Of a stretch of 64,000 nucleotides of DNA, positions 38,552 through 48,076 are shown piece by piece (the first letter of the stretch is position 1; each line of letters starts with the position of its first letter). The translations under genes were made by a program, and so were the position numbers. Below the pieces are notes generated by a model. That model made no database searches and was not told the origin of the DNA. It saw only the letters and a list, made by a program, of their open reading frames with translations. Origin of the DNA: Alphaproteobacteria bacterium (lineage in GTDB: Bacteria; Pseudomonadota; Alphaproteobacteria; SP197); assembly GCA_964291415.2 (NCBI GenBank), contig OZ219918.1:128001-192000 (forward strand). The letters are read 5' to 3'.

Positions 38552-40816
38552 ATGCAGGGGACGTCCGGCAACCGGTGGAAGCGCTACGATGTGTGGGACG
38601 ACAGGCCGCTGAGGTACGACCGCTTCACGCCGGACAGTCCCGAGGACGGCTTCTGTGCCACCAACAGCCCCACCGATCCGAAGCCGTCCCTCGTGGTGAG
38701 GGACGGCCGTGTCGTCGAGATGGATGGCGTGGCGGAAGGAGCGTTCGACATGATCGATACCTTCATCGCCCGCCACCATATCGACCCGGAAGTCGCCGGC
38801 GAGGCGATGGCGATCGACAGCGGGGATTTCGCGAGACGTCTTGTCGATGTCAACGTGGCAAGGGACGAACTGGTGCGGCTGGCCCGCGGGATGACGCCGG
38901 CCAAGCTGTGCGATGTCCTCGACAGCATGAACACCCTGGAACTTTCCTTTGCCCAGGCCAAGCTGCGGACCCGCAGGATGCCCGGCAACCAGGCCCACGT
39001 TACCAACGCCAAGGACGACCCGGTTCAGCTCGCGGCGGACGCCGCCACCGCGGCTGCCATGGGGTTCGATGAGATCGAGACCACCATGCGCGTGGCGCGC
39101 AATTCGTGGTCCAACGCCCTTGCCTGCCTCATCGGTGCGGCGGTCGGAAAGCCGGGTACGCTGTTCCAGTGTGCCTGCGAGGAAGCCGAGGAGCTCAAGC
39201 TGGGCATGGCCGGCCTGACATCCTATGCCGAGACGGTCTCCGTCTATGGGACTGAGGGATCGTTCGTCGACGGCGACGACACGCCTTGGTCGAAGGCCTT
39301 CCTGATTGCCGCCTATACATCGCGCGGCATCAAGGCGCGGTGTACTTCCGGCGGCGGCGCGGAACTGCTCATGGGATTTCACGACACGCGCTCGCTGCTT
39401 TATCTCGAGGCCCGCTGCCTGTGTGTGCAGCGGGCAATCGGTGTCCAGGGAACCCAGAACGGTGGCATCGATGGTGCTCCGGTCACCGGGTCGATGACAG
39501 GTGGCATGCGCGAGATCCTGGCGGAGAACGTGCTCGCCGCACTGCTCGATCTCGAGTGCGCGTCGGGCAACGACACACGGATCAGTGAATCGGAAATCCG
39601 GGTCGGCGCCAAGATCATGCCCCATCTCATGTCGGGAACGGACTTCCTGTGTTCCGGGTTCGGGTCCATCCCGGCCTATGACAACTCCTTTGCGGCCTCC
39701 CTGTTCAATGCCGAGGAGATCGAGGATTTCCTTGCCGTACAGCGTGACTTCGAACTCGACGGCGGCATCCATCACGTCCCCGAGGGTCATGTCATGGCCC
39801 TGCGCCGGCGTGCCGTCGATGCTCTCGACGCCGTTTTTCGCGACCTTGGTCTCGGTGATGTTGGTGAGGCGCAGAAGACCAGTGTGGTCCAGGCGAGTGG
39901 TTCACGTGACACTGACACCTTCCGGCTGAGCGAGATTGGTGTCATCTCGGAGACGATCGCCCGAAAGGGCATCACGCTTCTCGACATCATCGCCGCCCTG
40001 GGACGCACCGGTTTTGTTGATGTGGCCGAGAATCTTCTGCTCTTGCTGCGCTACCGGGTGAGCGGCGACTACCTGCAGACGGCGGCGGTTATTCGTGACG
40101 GACGCGTGGTCAGTGCCGTCACCCACCCCAACGACTACAGCGGCCCCGGAACCGGGCACCGGCTGACCGCCGAGCGCCGCGACGAGATCGCCGGCATCCG
40201 CAGTCTTCTCACGAAACGGGAGATCTTCGAGTCGGCGGAACGCCACGAGGCGAGAGAGAGGCGTCGGTATCACCTGCAAGCGATCGGGCCCGCCGCTGGC
40301 GGCACGTCCCGGGACGAGGTGGTCATTGCCGTCAGTCCGGCCTTCGGCCGCAAGCTGCATCAAACAACCTCGGGCCTGTACCTGTCCGACGTGATGGAGG
40401 CGCTGCTCACCGGTGTTCAGGAAGGCGGTGGCAGGGCGCGGGTCGTGCGGGCGTGGCACACGGCCGACACATCGTTTCTCGGTCTTACCGCGGCACGCCT
40501 TTCCGCTTCGGGGATCGGGATCGGAATCCAGGCCAAGGGGACCGCGGTCATCCACACTGCTGACGACTATCCTCATATGAACCTGGAGCTTTTCTCCCAG
40601 GCACCGATCACCGGACTCGGGCACTACCGGCGTATGGGCCACAACGCGGCCTGCTATGCTCGCGGCGAACGTCCGGAACCGGTCAGCATCCCCTACAAGG
40701 GGGAGGCCCTTGGTGCCCGCTTTCATGTGCAGACATCGCTCATCTATGCGCTGGAAACGGCCATGGTGAAGGCGGACGCAGAACCGGAGGAGCTGAGGGT
40801 GACGTTCCATGAATGA
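38552..40816 (+). CDS. Adenosylcobalamin-dependent diol/glycerol dehydratase homologue, fused large+medium subunits
   Basis: Large-subunit motifs NQAHVTN, YAETVSVYGT, DGDDTPWSKAFL and LYLEARC are followed in frame by medium-subunit motifs SGIGIGIQAKGT and NLELFSQAP. Confidence 0.9.
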   Translation: MQGTSGNRWKRYDVWDDRPLRYDRFTPDSPEDGFCATNSPTDPKPSLVVRDGRVVEMDGVAEGAFDMIDTFIARHHIDPEVAGEAMAIDSGDFARRLVDVNVARDELVRLARGMTPAKLCDVLDSMNTLELSFAQAKLRTRRMPGNQAHVTNAKDDPVQLAADAATAAAMGFDEIETTMRVARNSWSNALACLIGAAVGKPGTLFQCACEEAEELKLGMAGLTSYAETVSVYGTEGSFVDGDDTPWSKAFLIAAYTSRGIKARCTSGGGAELLMGFHDTRSLLYLEARCLCVQRAIGVQGTQNGGIDGAPVTGSMTGGMREILAENVLAALLDLECASGNDTRISESEIRVGAKIMPHLMSGTDFLCSGFGSIPAYDNSFAASLFNAEEIEDFLAVQRDFELDGGIHHVPEGHVMALRRRAVDALDAVFRDLGLGDVGEAQKTSVVQASGSRDTDTFRLSEIGVISETIARKGITLLDIIAALGRTGFVDVAENLLLLLRYRVSGDYLQTAAVIRDGRVVSAVTHPNDYSGPGTGHRLTAERRDEIAGIRSLLTKREIFESAERHEARERRRYHLQAIGPAAGGTSRDEVVIAVSPAFGRKLHQTTSGLYLSDVMEALLTGVQEGGGRARVVRAWHTADTSFLGLTAARLSASGIGIGIQAKGTAVIHTADDYPHMNLELFSQAPITGLGHYRRMGHNAACYARGERPEPVSIPYKGEALGARFHVQTSLIYALETAMVKADAEPEELRVTFHE

Positions 40817-41219
40817 GGGAGGCCGGTCAGACGAAAAACCGGCAGGGGTGCTTGCGACAACGGGTGGTCGGCCTCTTGAAGAACTGACACTCGCCAACGT
40901 GCTCGCCGGTACGGTGGATGAGAGTGATGTGGGCATCCGCCCCGCCGTGCTTCGCCACCAGGGCACCGTCGCCCGCGGTGCCGGCCGCGACCGGCTGGCG
41001 GACAATTTCGAGCGAGGCGCCGAGCTTGTCGGTGTCCCCGACGAAGAGATCTTCGCCACCTACGAGAAGTTGCGCCCGGGGCGGGCGCGGAGCCGGGCGG
41101 AACTGATCGAACTCGCCCGTCATTACCGGCAGACCTACGGAGCACATCGCATCGCCGAACTGATCGAGAGCGCGGCCGAGGTGTACGAACGCCGCCGTCT
41201 CTTCCAGAAGAGGTTCTGA
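40809..41219 (+). CDS. Diol/glycerol dehydratase small subunit
   Basis: TLANVLAG...LADNFERGAEL..VPD....YEKLRP...AELIESAAEVYERR; overlaps the upstream stop. Confidence 0.9.
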   Translation: MNEGGRSDEKPAGVLATTGGRPLEELTLANVLAGTVDESDVGIRPAVLRHQGTVARGAGRDRLADNFERGAELVGVPDEEIFATYEKLRPGRARSRAELIELARHYRQTYGAHRIAELIESAAEVYERRRLFQKRF

Positions 41220-41221
41220 TC

Positions 41222-41998
41222 ATGATTCTCGACGACAGGATCGCCGTCGTCACGGCGGCAGGTTCCGGTATAGGCCGGGCCGGCGCCGAGGCCATGGCCG
41301 CCGAGGGAGCCTTCGTCATCGCCACGGATCTCGTCGCCGAGCGGGCCGCCGGAACTGCTGAGCGCATTCAAAAAGCCGGTGGCGCGGCGACCTCTCTCGC
41401 CGTCGATGCGGGTGATGACGAGGCCCTCGCATTGCTCATGAACCAGGTGGCGGCCGACCATGGCCGCATCGATATCCTTCACAGCCACGCCGGTATCCAG
41501 ATCGAGGGAGGTGTCGGCGACCTTATTGCGGCCGACCTCGACCGCTCCTACCGGTACAATGTGCATGCGCACTACGTCGCGGTGACATGCGCCCTGCCGC
41601 ACATGCAGGATGCTGGTGGCTCGATCCTCTTGACCTCATCCAACGCCGGTGTGTTCCCGGACTACGGCATGACCGGTTACATCACCACCAAGGCTGCCGT
41701 GGTCATGATGGCGGAACAGATGGCGCTTGACCTCGCGCCGCACGGAATTCGCGTGAATGCGCTGTGTCCGGGCTGGATCGACACGCCGTTCAACGACGCA
41801 TACCAGCGCCAGCTCGGCGGCAGGGAGGCGCTCGAGGAGGTTGTTGCCACGCGCGTGCCGCTGGGCCGCTTCGGAACGGTTGGGGAGATTGCCGACGCCA
41901 TTGTCTTTCTCGTTTCCGACCGTTCTTCCTACATCACCGGACACGCCCTCATCGTCGATGGCGGCGAGCGTCTCGTCGGTCCCGGACCTCGCAGCTGA
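41222..41998 (+). CDS. Short-chain dehydrogenase/reductase
   Basis: TAAGSGIG, YITTKAA, IRVNALCPG and VDGG motifs. Confidence 0.9.
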   Translation: MILDDRIAVVTAAGSGIGRAGAEAMAAEGAFVIATDLVAERAAGTAERIQKAGGAATSLAVDAGDDEALALLMNQVAADHGRIDILHSHAGIQIEGGVGDLIAADLDRSYRYNVHAHYVAVTCALPHMQDAGGSILLTSSNAGVFPDYGMTGYITTKAAVVMMAEQMALDLAPHGIRVNALCPGWIDTPFNDAYQRQLGGREALEEVVATRVPLGRFGTVGEIADAIVFLVSDRSSYITGHALIVDGGERLVGPGPRS

Positions 41999-42099
41999 AG
42001 GCAACGGCCTCCGGGCACGTCATCAAGTCGCCGGCCGGCGTAGACGTCAGGGACTCGCGGGACATTCGCCAACGTCGAGGTCGGCAGGCGCGATGCGCG

Positions 42100-43191
42100 T
42101 CATGGTCCTGGATCAAGGCGTCGGAATGCGGTTGAGAGAGCATCCGGGTTGGCGACATGGAGGGGTGGCGCGCCTGTCAGCAGGCGCGCCAGACCATCGG
42201 CCAGCATGGCCGCCGTGCGCGCCGGAACATCACTCGAAATGCCGGCAACGTGGGGTGTGAGGAGAAGCCGGTCCGGGGTCACATCGAACAGTGGGCTGTC
42301 CGGCGGCAGCGGCTCATCGGGATAGACATCGATCAGGGCGCCAGCGATCCGGTCATCGCCCAGTGCTGCCAGGAGTGCATCGTAGTCAAGAGCCGTTGCC
42401 CGTGCGGTATTGACAAGCCAGGGGCGCTTCGCCATGGCGGCGAACTCGCTCTTGCCCAGCAAAGGCCGGCTTCCACCGGCAAGGCGCGCGTGAATGGAGA
42501 CGATGGTGCTTTCGGCAAGAAGGCGGTCCAGTGGTACTGCTTCGGCTCCGGCTGCCGCCAGGCTGGCCGGGTCGACGAAGGGGTCCGTCGCCATCACCCG
42601 GGCGCCGAAGGCCCGGGCGAGACGGGCCACCAGACAGCCGATCCGGCCGGCGCCGACGAGGCCCAGCGTCTGCCGGGACAATTCCGGGCCACTCGGTTTC
42701 TCGAAGGTGTCCTCCAGCGGTGTTGTCCATGACCCCTGGCGCACCCAGTCCAGCGCCAGGGGGATCCTGCGCATGAGGTTGATCATGCCGGCAATGACGA
42801 ATTCGGCGACAGCTTCCTCGTTGCGACCAGGAGCATGGAGCACCGGGATCCCGCGTTCGCTGGCGGCGGCAAGGTTGATGTTGATCGGACCGCCCCTGCC
42901 ACAACAGATGGCAACAAGCCGGGGCGCTTGGTCGATCAGGTCGGCCGTCACCGGCGCGAAAGTGGTGACAAGAAACTGGCAGTCGGCGACATGACGCGCG
43001 ATCTCGTCGACATCGCCGAACGCCTCGGACACCTCGCCGGAGCGGTATGCCGTGACGTCGTTGCTCTCGATGTCGATGCAGCGAAACGAAACGGATATCC
43101 CGTCAGCTGCGAGTCGGTTGCCGAGGACACGCTCGAAAAGCGCTGCCGGGGTGAAATCGTCGCCCAGAACGAGACACGTCCATTCCGTCAT
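42100..43191 (-). CDS. D-isomer-specific 2-hydroxyacid dehydrogenase family protein
   Basis: GRGGP.NI, PGRNEEAVAE, GAGRIG, VNTARA, DVYPDEP and TPHVAG motifs. Confidence 0.85.
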   Translation of the reverse strand: MTEWTCLVLGDDFTPAALFERVLGNRLAADGISVSFRCIDIESNDVTAYRSGEVSEAFGDVDEIARHVADCQFLVTTFAPVTADLIDQAPRLVAICCGRGGPININLAAASERGIPVLHAPGRNEEAVAEFVIAGMINLMRRIPLALDWVRQGSWTTPLEDTFEKPSGPELSRQTLGLVGAGRIGCLVARLARAFGARVMATDPFVDPASLAAAGAEAVPLDRLLAESTIVSIHARLAGGSRPLLGKSEFAAMAKRPWLVNTARATALDYDALLAALGDDRIAGALIDVYPDEPLPPDSPLFDVTPDRLLLTPHVAGISSDVPARTAAMLADGLARLLTGAPPLHVANPDALSTAFRRLDPGP

Positions 43192-44663
43192 TTTCTGACC
43201 TCGAGACAGAGTTCCACGGCCCGGCACCACGCCTGGTAACGATCCTCCCGGCACGACCGCATGGCTTCCTGCGGTTCGAAGTGGGTGTCATCCTCAGGTG
43301 ATTCCGTCGCGTCCCCGGCCCACAGGCCGGCACCGACTCCTGCCATGCGGGCGACGCCGTAGGCCGTGAGTTCAGGGCGTGCGGACCGGATGACGGGGCG
43401 CGCGAGAATGTCGGCCTGCAGCTGGAGGAAGTGGTCACTTCGTGCCAGACCGCCATCCACGCGAACGGTGCCGTCGGTCTTCATGTCGTCGAGGACGCGC
43501 TTTACCTGGAAGCAGATGGCCTCAAGAGCAGCCAGGCAGACGTCGCTGTCATCGCTCGAGGCATCGAGGCCCATCACGGCGGCGCGGGCCCGTGGATCCC
43601 ACCAGGGTGACGCCAGTCCCTGGAAGGCAGGGACGAGCATGACGCCCGACGTCGTGTCGGCGCCTTGAGCCCGCTCGATGACCTCGCCGGCGTCGCCGCA
43701 CAACCTGAGGCGGTTGACGAGCCAGTCGAGGATGGCGCCGGCATACATCACGAATCCCTCAAGCGCATAGGTTGGCCGGTCGAGATGCCAGGCAATGGTC
43801 TCGAGACCTCCTGCCACAGCCGAAGACCGGCGCTCGTGGCCACCGTTCATCCACACGAATGCTCCGGTGCCGTACGTGCTCTTCACGGCGCCTTCATTCA
43901 GACAGCCATGACCGAACAGGGAAGCCTGCTGGTCACCCATGGCGGCTGTCAGAGGGACCTCCGCGCCGAAGTGCCTCGTCGCGCATGTTCCCATCATGCA
44001 TCCAGAAGGGACCACCCGCGGCATGGCGCCGGGGTCGATGTCGAAGAGCGCGAGGAGATCGCTGTCCCATGCCAGTGAGCCGATGTTGAAGAGCATGGTG
44101 CGGGAGGCATTGCTGTAGTCGGTGGCATGAAGGGCGCCATCGCTCAGGCGCCACAGGAGCCAGCTGTCAACCGTGCCCCACAACACCTCTCCACGTGCCA
44201 GCGCCCTTGCGATCTCCGGCTCGTGTCGCATGACCCAGCGCAACTTGGTTGCGGTGAAGGTCGGATCGAGATCAAGCCCGGTCCTGTCACGAATGAACCG
44301 GCGGTTGTCCGGTGTGTCGATATCCGCCGTGACACCGGTGCTGCGGCGACATTGCCAGACGATCACAGGATGAACGGGACGGCCGGTGTCCCGTTCCCAC
44401 AGCACCAGGGATTCGGTGTGATTGTCGATGCCCAACCCGGCGATGGCCGAGGCCGGAACAGTGGTGATGTCGAGAAGTTCCCGGGCGCAGTCAAGAACGT
44501 TCGCCACCATGGCTTCGGCATCCTGCTCCACCAGACCGGGCGCCGGATGGGTTGCCGGCAATGCCCTTGTGGTCTGCGCAAGTATGCTCCCCTTGTCATC
44601 GAGCAGGACAGCCTTGGTTCCGGAGGTACCCTGATCGATACCGATCACGTGATCCCGGGTCAT
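43188..44663 (-). CDS. FGGY-family carbohydrate kinase (glycerol-kinase-like)
   Basis: GIDQGTSGTK, IVWQCRRS, TDYSNASRTMLFN, GDQQASLFG, KSTYGTG and VDGG motifs. Confidence 0.85.
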   Translation of the reverse strand: MTRDHVIGIDQGTSGTKAVLLDDKGSILAQTTRALPATHPAPGLVEQDAEAMVANVLDCARELLDITTVPASAIAGLGIDNHTESLVLWERDTGRPVHPVIVWQCRRSTGVTADIDTPDNRRFIRDRTGLDLDPTFTATKLRWVMRHEPEIARALARGEVLWGTVDSWLLWRLSDGALHATDYSNASRTMLFNIGSLAWDSDLLALFDIDPGAMPRVVPSGCMMGTCATRHFGAEVPLTAAMGDQQASLFGHGCLNEGAVKSTYGTGAFVWMNGGHERRSSAVAGGLETIAWHLDRPTYALEGFVMYAGAILDWLVNRLRLCGDAGEVIERAQGADTTSGVMLVPAFQGLASPWWDPRARAAVMGLDASSDDSDVCLAALEAICFQVKRVLDDMKTDGTVRVDGGLARSDHFLQLQADILARPVIRSARPELTAYGVARMAGVGAGLWAGDATESPEDDTHFEPQEAMRSCREDRYQAWCRAVELCLEVRK

Positions 44664-44672
44664 TGATACTGA

Positions 44673-44718
44673 CAGGCCGGCTCCCGAACCCGTTGCGAAG
44701 GGTCCGGGAGCCGGCCTG
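44673..44718. terminator. Strong intergenic hairpin after the SBP gene (mRNA-stabilising stem or terminator)
   Basis: CAGGCCGGCTCCCG ... CGGGAGCCGGCCTG, 14-bp perfect arms; no U-tract. Confidence 0.55.
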
Positions 44719-44726
44719 ATATCACT

Positions 44727-46247
44727 TTACTGGTACTCGGCGAGTGCCGGAATCTCGGCGTAGATCTCCTCGACCGCGGCATCAAGGCCCTCCTTGGGCT
44801 CCATCTGCCCTGCCAGGACAGCACTCAGATGCTTCATGAGGATCTCTTCGAGAGTGGCGTACTCGGGGAAGTTCTCCAGCTTGAAAATCACCGGTTGTGT
44901 TTCGCCCGTCACCGGGTCGACGGCATCGACGTAACTCGCCGGAACTCCATCGGCCGCGCCGCTGCTGCGCAGGGCCGGCTGCCCGTCATACTCGGGAACT
45001 CGGCCGCTCAGCATGTAGTGGTTGGTGGCGGCATAATCGAGTGCCCTCACGAACTCCTCGTGATAGGCCGATTCGGTGAGCGAGATACTGCCCGTCGACA
45101 TCAGCTTCGCCTGCACGTCTGGCCGCTGAGTCCACTGCAGGAAGAGAGCGGCCGCTTCCGGATTCTTCGAGCTTGTCGGTATGAACATGCCCCACTGGTG
45201 CAGGTTGACGATCTTGCGGGCACCGATGGGTGTGCCGCTGAACGCGATTCTGCCGGCGACAGTCGACTGCTCTTCGTCGTGCGCCATGGCATATGACGCA
45301 TCGGCCCACAACAGGGTCTGGGCAGCGATGCCGCTCTGGATGGCGGCGAGCTGCTCGTCCCAAGTGTAGGTCAGCGATCCGGGCGGGCATGTCTCAAGCA
45401 GCAGGTCCCTGTAGAAGGTCAGGGCCTCGACGCCCTTCTCGTTGTTGATCACAACGGGTCCGTACTCGGGGCCTGAGGCACTGTCGATGACGAGACCATC
45501 GTAAGCATAGAGAATGTTGTAGAAGTTATAGAGCATCGAGACATGGCGCTTGCCCGAAAGGGTGAGGCCGTAGAAGGGCTGCTCCAGGGTCTCGCCGGCC
45601 AGCATGTCACCCGATTCACGGGTGAAGAACATTGCCGTGTCGCGAAGCTCGTCGAGCGTGACGGGCGGTGAGGGAAGGTCATAACCGTACTCTTCCTTGA
45701 ATGCAGCCTGCTCATCGGGGTGCTCAAACACGTCATAGCGCCAGTTGAGATAGATCGTGTGCGCCGAGAAAGGCACACCGTAGAGCGTACCTTCGTGGGC
45801 CAGTGACGCGTTGAGCCAGTCCTGGCTCAGCACCTGGTCGACCACGGCGAATTCCGGATCGGCAAGGGCCGGATCGTTGAGATAGGTTTCCAGAGGCAGA
45901 GCCCAGCCGTTGACCACGAGAGTCGGCACCCGCATCAGAGGGTTGAGCACCGCGTCATAGAAACCGGTGCCGCCAATGAAATCGGCCGACGTCTTCTGGA
46001 TGACCTGGTCGAAGGCATGCTGTTCGACCTCGACCATGATGCCTGTCTCCGCTTCGAAGGCCGCCTTCTGCTGGTCCAGGGACTCGAGAGGGGGAAGGGC
46101 TTCCCCGATGACGCGAATGGTCACCCCTTCGTAGGGCTTTGCGGCCTCGCTGAGAGACCACTCTTCTGCCGACGCACCGGATAGCACCACACTGCCGCCG
46201 GCCACCATCGCGGCAAGCAGCAGACTACGGGAACGGGTTCTGATCAT
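44727..46247 (-). CDS. Carbohydrate/polyol ABC substrate-binding protein
   Basis: Signal peptide; AAKPYEGVTI, FEAETGI.V, YGVPF, FKEEYGYDL and NPEAA.LFLQW motifs. Confidence 0.85.
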   Translation of the reverse strand: MIRTRSRSLLLAAMVAGGSVVLSGASAEEWSLSEAAKPYEGVTIRVIGEALPPLESLDQQKAAFEAETGIMVEVEQHAFDQVIQKTSADFIGGTGFYDAVLNPLMRVPTLVVNGWALPLETYLNDPALADPEFAVVDQVLSQDWLNASLAHEGTLYGVPFSAHTIYLNWRYDVFEHPDEQAAFKEEYGYDLPSPPVTLDELRDTAMFFTRESGDMLAGETLEQPFYGLTLSGKRHVSMLYNFYNILYAYDGLVIDSASGPEYGPVVINNEKGVEALTFYRDLLLETCPPGSLTYTWDEQLAAIQSGIAAQTLLWADASYAMAHDEEQSTVAGRIAFSGTPIGARKIVNLHQWGMFIPTSSKNPEAAALFLQWTQRPDVQAKLMSTGSISLTESAYHEEFVRALDYAATNHYMLSGRVPEYDGQPALRSSGAADGVPASYVDAVDPVTGETQPVIFKLENFPEYATLEEILMKHLSAVLAGQMEPKEGLDAAVEEIYAEIPALAEYQ

Positions 46248-46487
46248 GTTGTACTCCTCGTTGACAGTCTTCTGATTGAACGGCCCTCACCGACAACCGG
46301 ACCGGCTTCCGGCAAGCCATTGCGGGCACTATGCCGGTTCTCCGGAACCAAGTCACCCTGCGGTGCGCCGGGCCGGCAATGCCGGAAAGTCTTCGCCGAA
46401 CCCTTCAGTCCACTGGACCTCCTCCTGCGGCCCGGCGGAACCGATGAGGATGGGACGGGGCGGGGACGACCAGGGCGGTCGCGCCGG

Positions 46488-47228
46488 TCATCCGGCTGGT
46501 TGTGATGCTGCCGGAACATACGACACGGCGTCGGCGAGCGTGTCCACGAGGCGGGCGCGGCTGGCCTCGTGCCGGTCGTGCGGCGAGAAAGGCGGAACGA
46601 TGTCATCGTATTCCGCCATGGCGTCGCGGATCTCGCGGGCTTCTGCCGGCGAATAGGAGGTTCTCGTCCCGTCGTGCGTGAGCCGTTTCAGACGTTCGAC
46701 GGCGACAGTCTTGCGGGCAATGTTCCGGATGTCCCAGGAATCATGGACACAGATGCCCCATGTCCCGGCACGCCAGTTGGTCCAGACATAGGTTTCGAAG
46801 TGGTGGTCGAAGCCCGCCCTGTCGATGGCGCCGTCTTCAGCCATGAAGCCCCCGTAGGTGATGGCGGCGGCGCCATGGCGAACGAGGCCGTCGAGGAATC
46901 CGGTGCGAAGCTCCTCCCTGAGTACCGGAGCGAGGTGCCGGGGAGACGTTCCTTCGAGGCGAGGCGCGATCGACAGGACCCAGGTGATGACGTCCGCCGC
47001 GAAATGGCGGGAGACGGTCTTCAGCGACACCGTGTCGGCGTCGCCGTTGATGTGGGCCCATAACTCCTCGCGCTGGCGACGCTCGTAGCTGGCGCCCGGC
47101 ATGCATCCGGTGGCAATCAGGTCCTCAAGACGGTCGTCTGCCAGTCCTGTCCTCTCCGCGATGTCCTGAAGCGACACGTAGCGCTCTTCGAGATAGGATT
47201 CGAGTTCGTCGGTGGTCCAGTTCGCCAT
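46488..47228 (-). CDS. Hypothetical protein (DUF6058-like)
   Basis: PGASY, GTWGICV, IARK and PFSPHDR..SR.RLV pattern, recognised from memory only. Confidence 0.5.
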   Translation of the reverse strand: MANWTTDELESYLEERYVSLQDIAERTGLADDRLEDLIATGCMPGASYERRQREELWAHINGDADTVSLKTVSRHFAADVITWVLSIAPRLEGTSPRHLAPVLREELRTGFLDGLVRHGAAAITYGGFMAEDGAIDRAGFDHHFETYVWTNWRAGTWGICVHDSWDIRNIARKTVAVERLKRLTHDGTRTSYSPAEAREIRDAMAEYDDIVPPFSPHDRHEASRARLVDTLADAVSYVPAASQPAG

Positions 47229-47245
47229 CTCAATCTCAGGTGGTC

Positions 47246-47285
47246 TGACATGTACATTTTATGTGACAATAAAGTATGAATGTCA
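47246..47285. promoter_or_regulatory. AT-rich imperfect palindrome between divergent genes (probable ArsR operator)
   Basis: TGACAT...TTTAT-GTGACA-ATAAA...ATGTCA spanning the 47-bp intergenic gap and the arsR start. Confidence 0.5.
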
Positions 47286-47971
47286 AGACATCGATGGTGA
47301 ACGTCGGGTCGATGATCGGCTCTCCGATCCGGGCAACGATGCTTGGAGCCCTCCTTGGCGGGCGGGCATTGACGGCAACCGAGCTTGCGCGCCTGGCGTC
47401 AGCATCGCCGGCTTCGGCAAGCCAGCACCTCGCGAAGCTGGTTGCAGCGGGACTTCTGGCTGTCGAGAGGCACGGGCGACATCGCTACTACAGCATGGCT
47501 TCCACCGACATCGCTGCGGCGCTCTCCGCGCTCGAAAGCCTCGGTGCGCCTCTTCCCAGGCCTCCGGTGCCTGAAAAATCCGACGCAATTCGAGAGGCGC
47601 GTCTGTGCTATGACCATGTGGCTGGCGGACTCGGTGTCGGCATCACCGACGCCTTGCTTTCGAACGGCTGGCTCGAATCAACGGGCCGCGACTATTGGCT
47701 GACAAAACCGGGTGAGATGTTCATGCAGCGCCTCGGGGTCGACGTCGATGGCGCCCGGGCGAAGCGCCGCCTCTTTGCCCGCGCATGCCTTGACTGGAGC
47801 GAACGCCGCCCGCACCTGGCAGGAGCCCTCGGCGCCGGTCTCGCCGCCCGGCTGTTCGAACTGGACTGGCTGGAACGTTCCGGACGCCCGCGCGAGATCC
47901 GCGTGACAGCCGGAGGCGAAGTGGAGTTGGTCCGCCTCTTCGGCATGACGCCCGCGACAAGGGACGAGTGA
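47276..47971 (+). CDS. ArsR/SmtB-family transcriptional regulator
   Basis: TATELA...ASQHLAKL...GRHRYY HTH; ARLCYDH and CLDWSERRPHLAG motifs. Confidence 0.85.
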   Translation: MNVKTSMVNVGSMIGSPIRATMLGALLGGRALTATELARLASASPASASQHLAKLVAAGLLAVERHGRHRYYSMASTDIAAALSALESLGAPLPRPPVPEKSDAIREARLCYDHVAGGLGVGITDALLSNGWLESTGRDYWLTKPGEMFMQRLGVDVDGARAKRRLFARACLDWSERRPHLAGALGAGLAARLFELDWLERSGRPREIRVTAGGEVELVRLFGMTPATRDE

Positions 47972-48076
47972 CCGCCGACGCCTCAAACGCCTGTTCGAAA
48001 GCGGCGGGGCCTGTGCCATGGTATGAGGAGCGTCGCGGCGAAACCCTCCCACTGGAAACAGGACCCGGATCGAACG

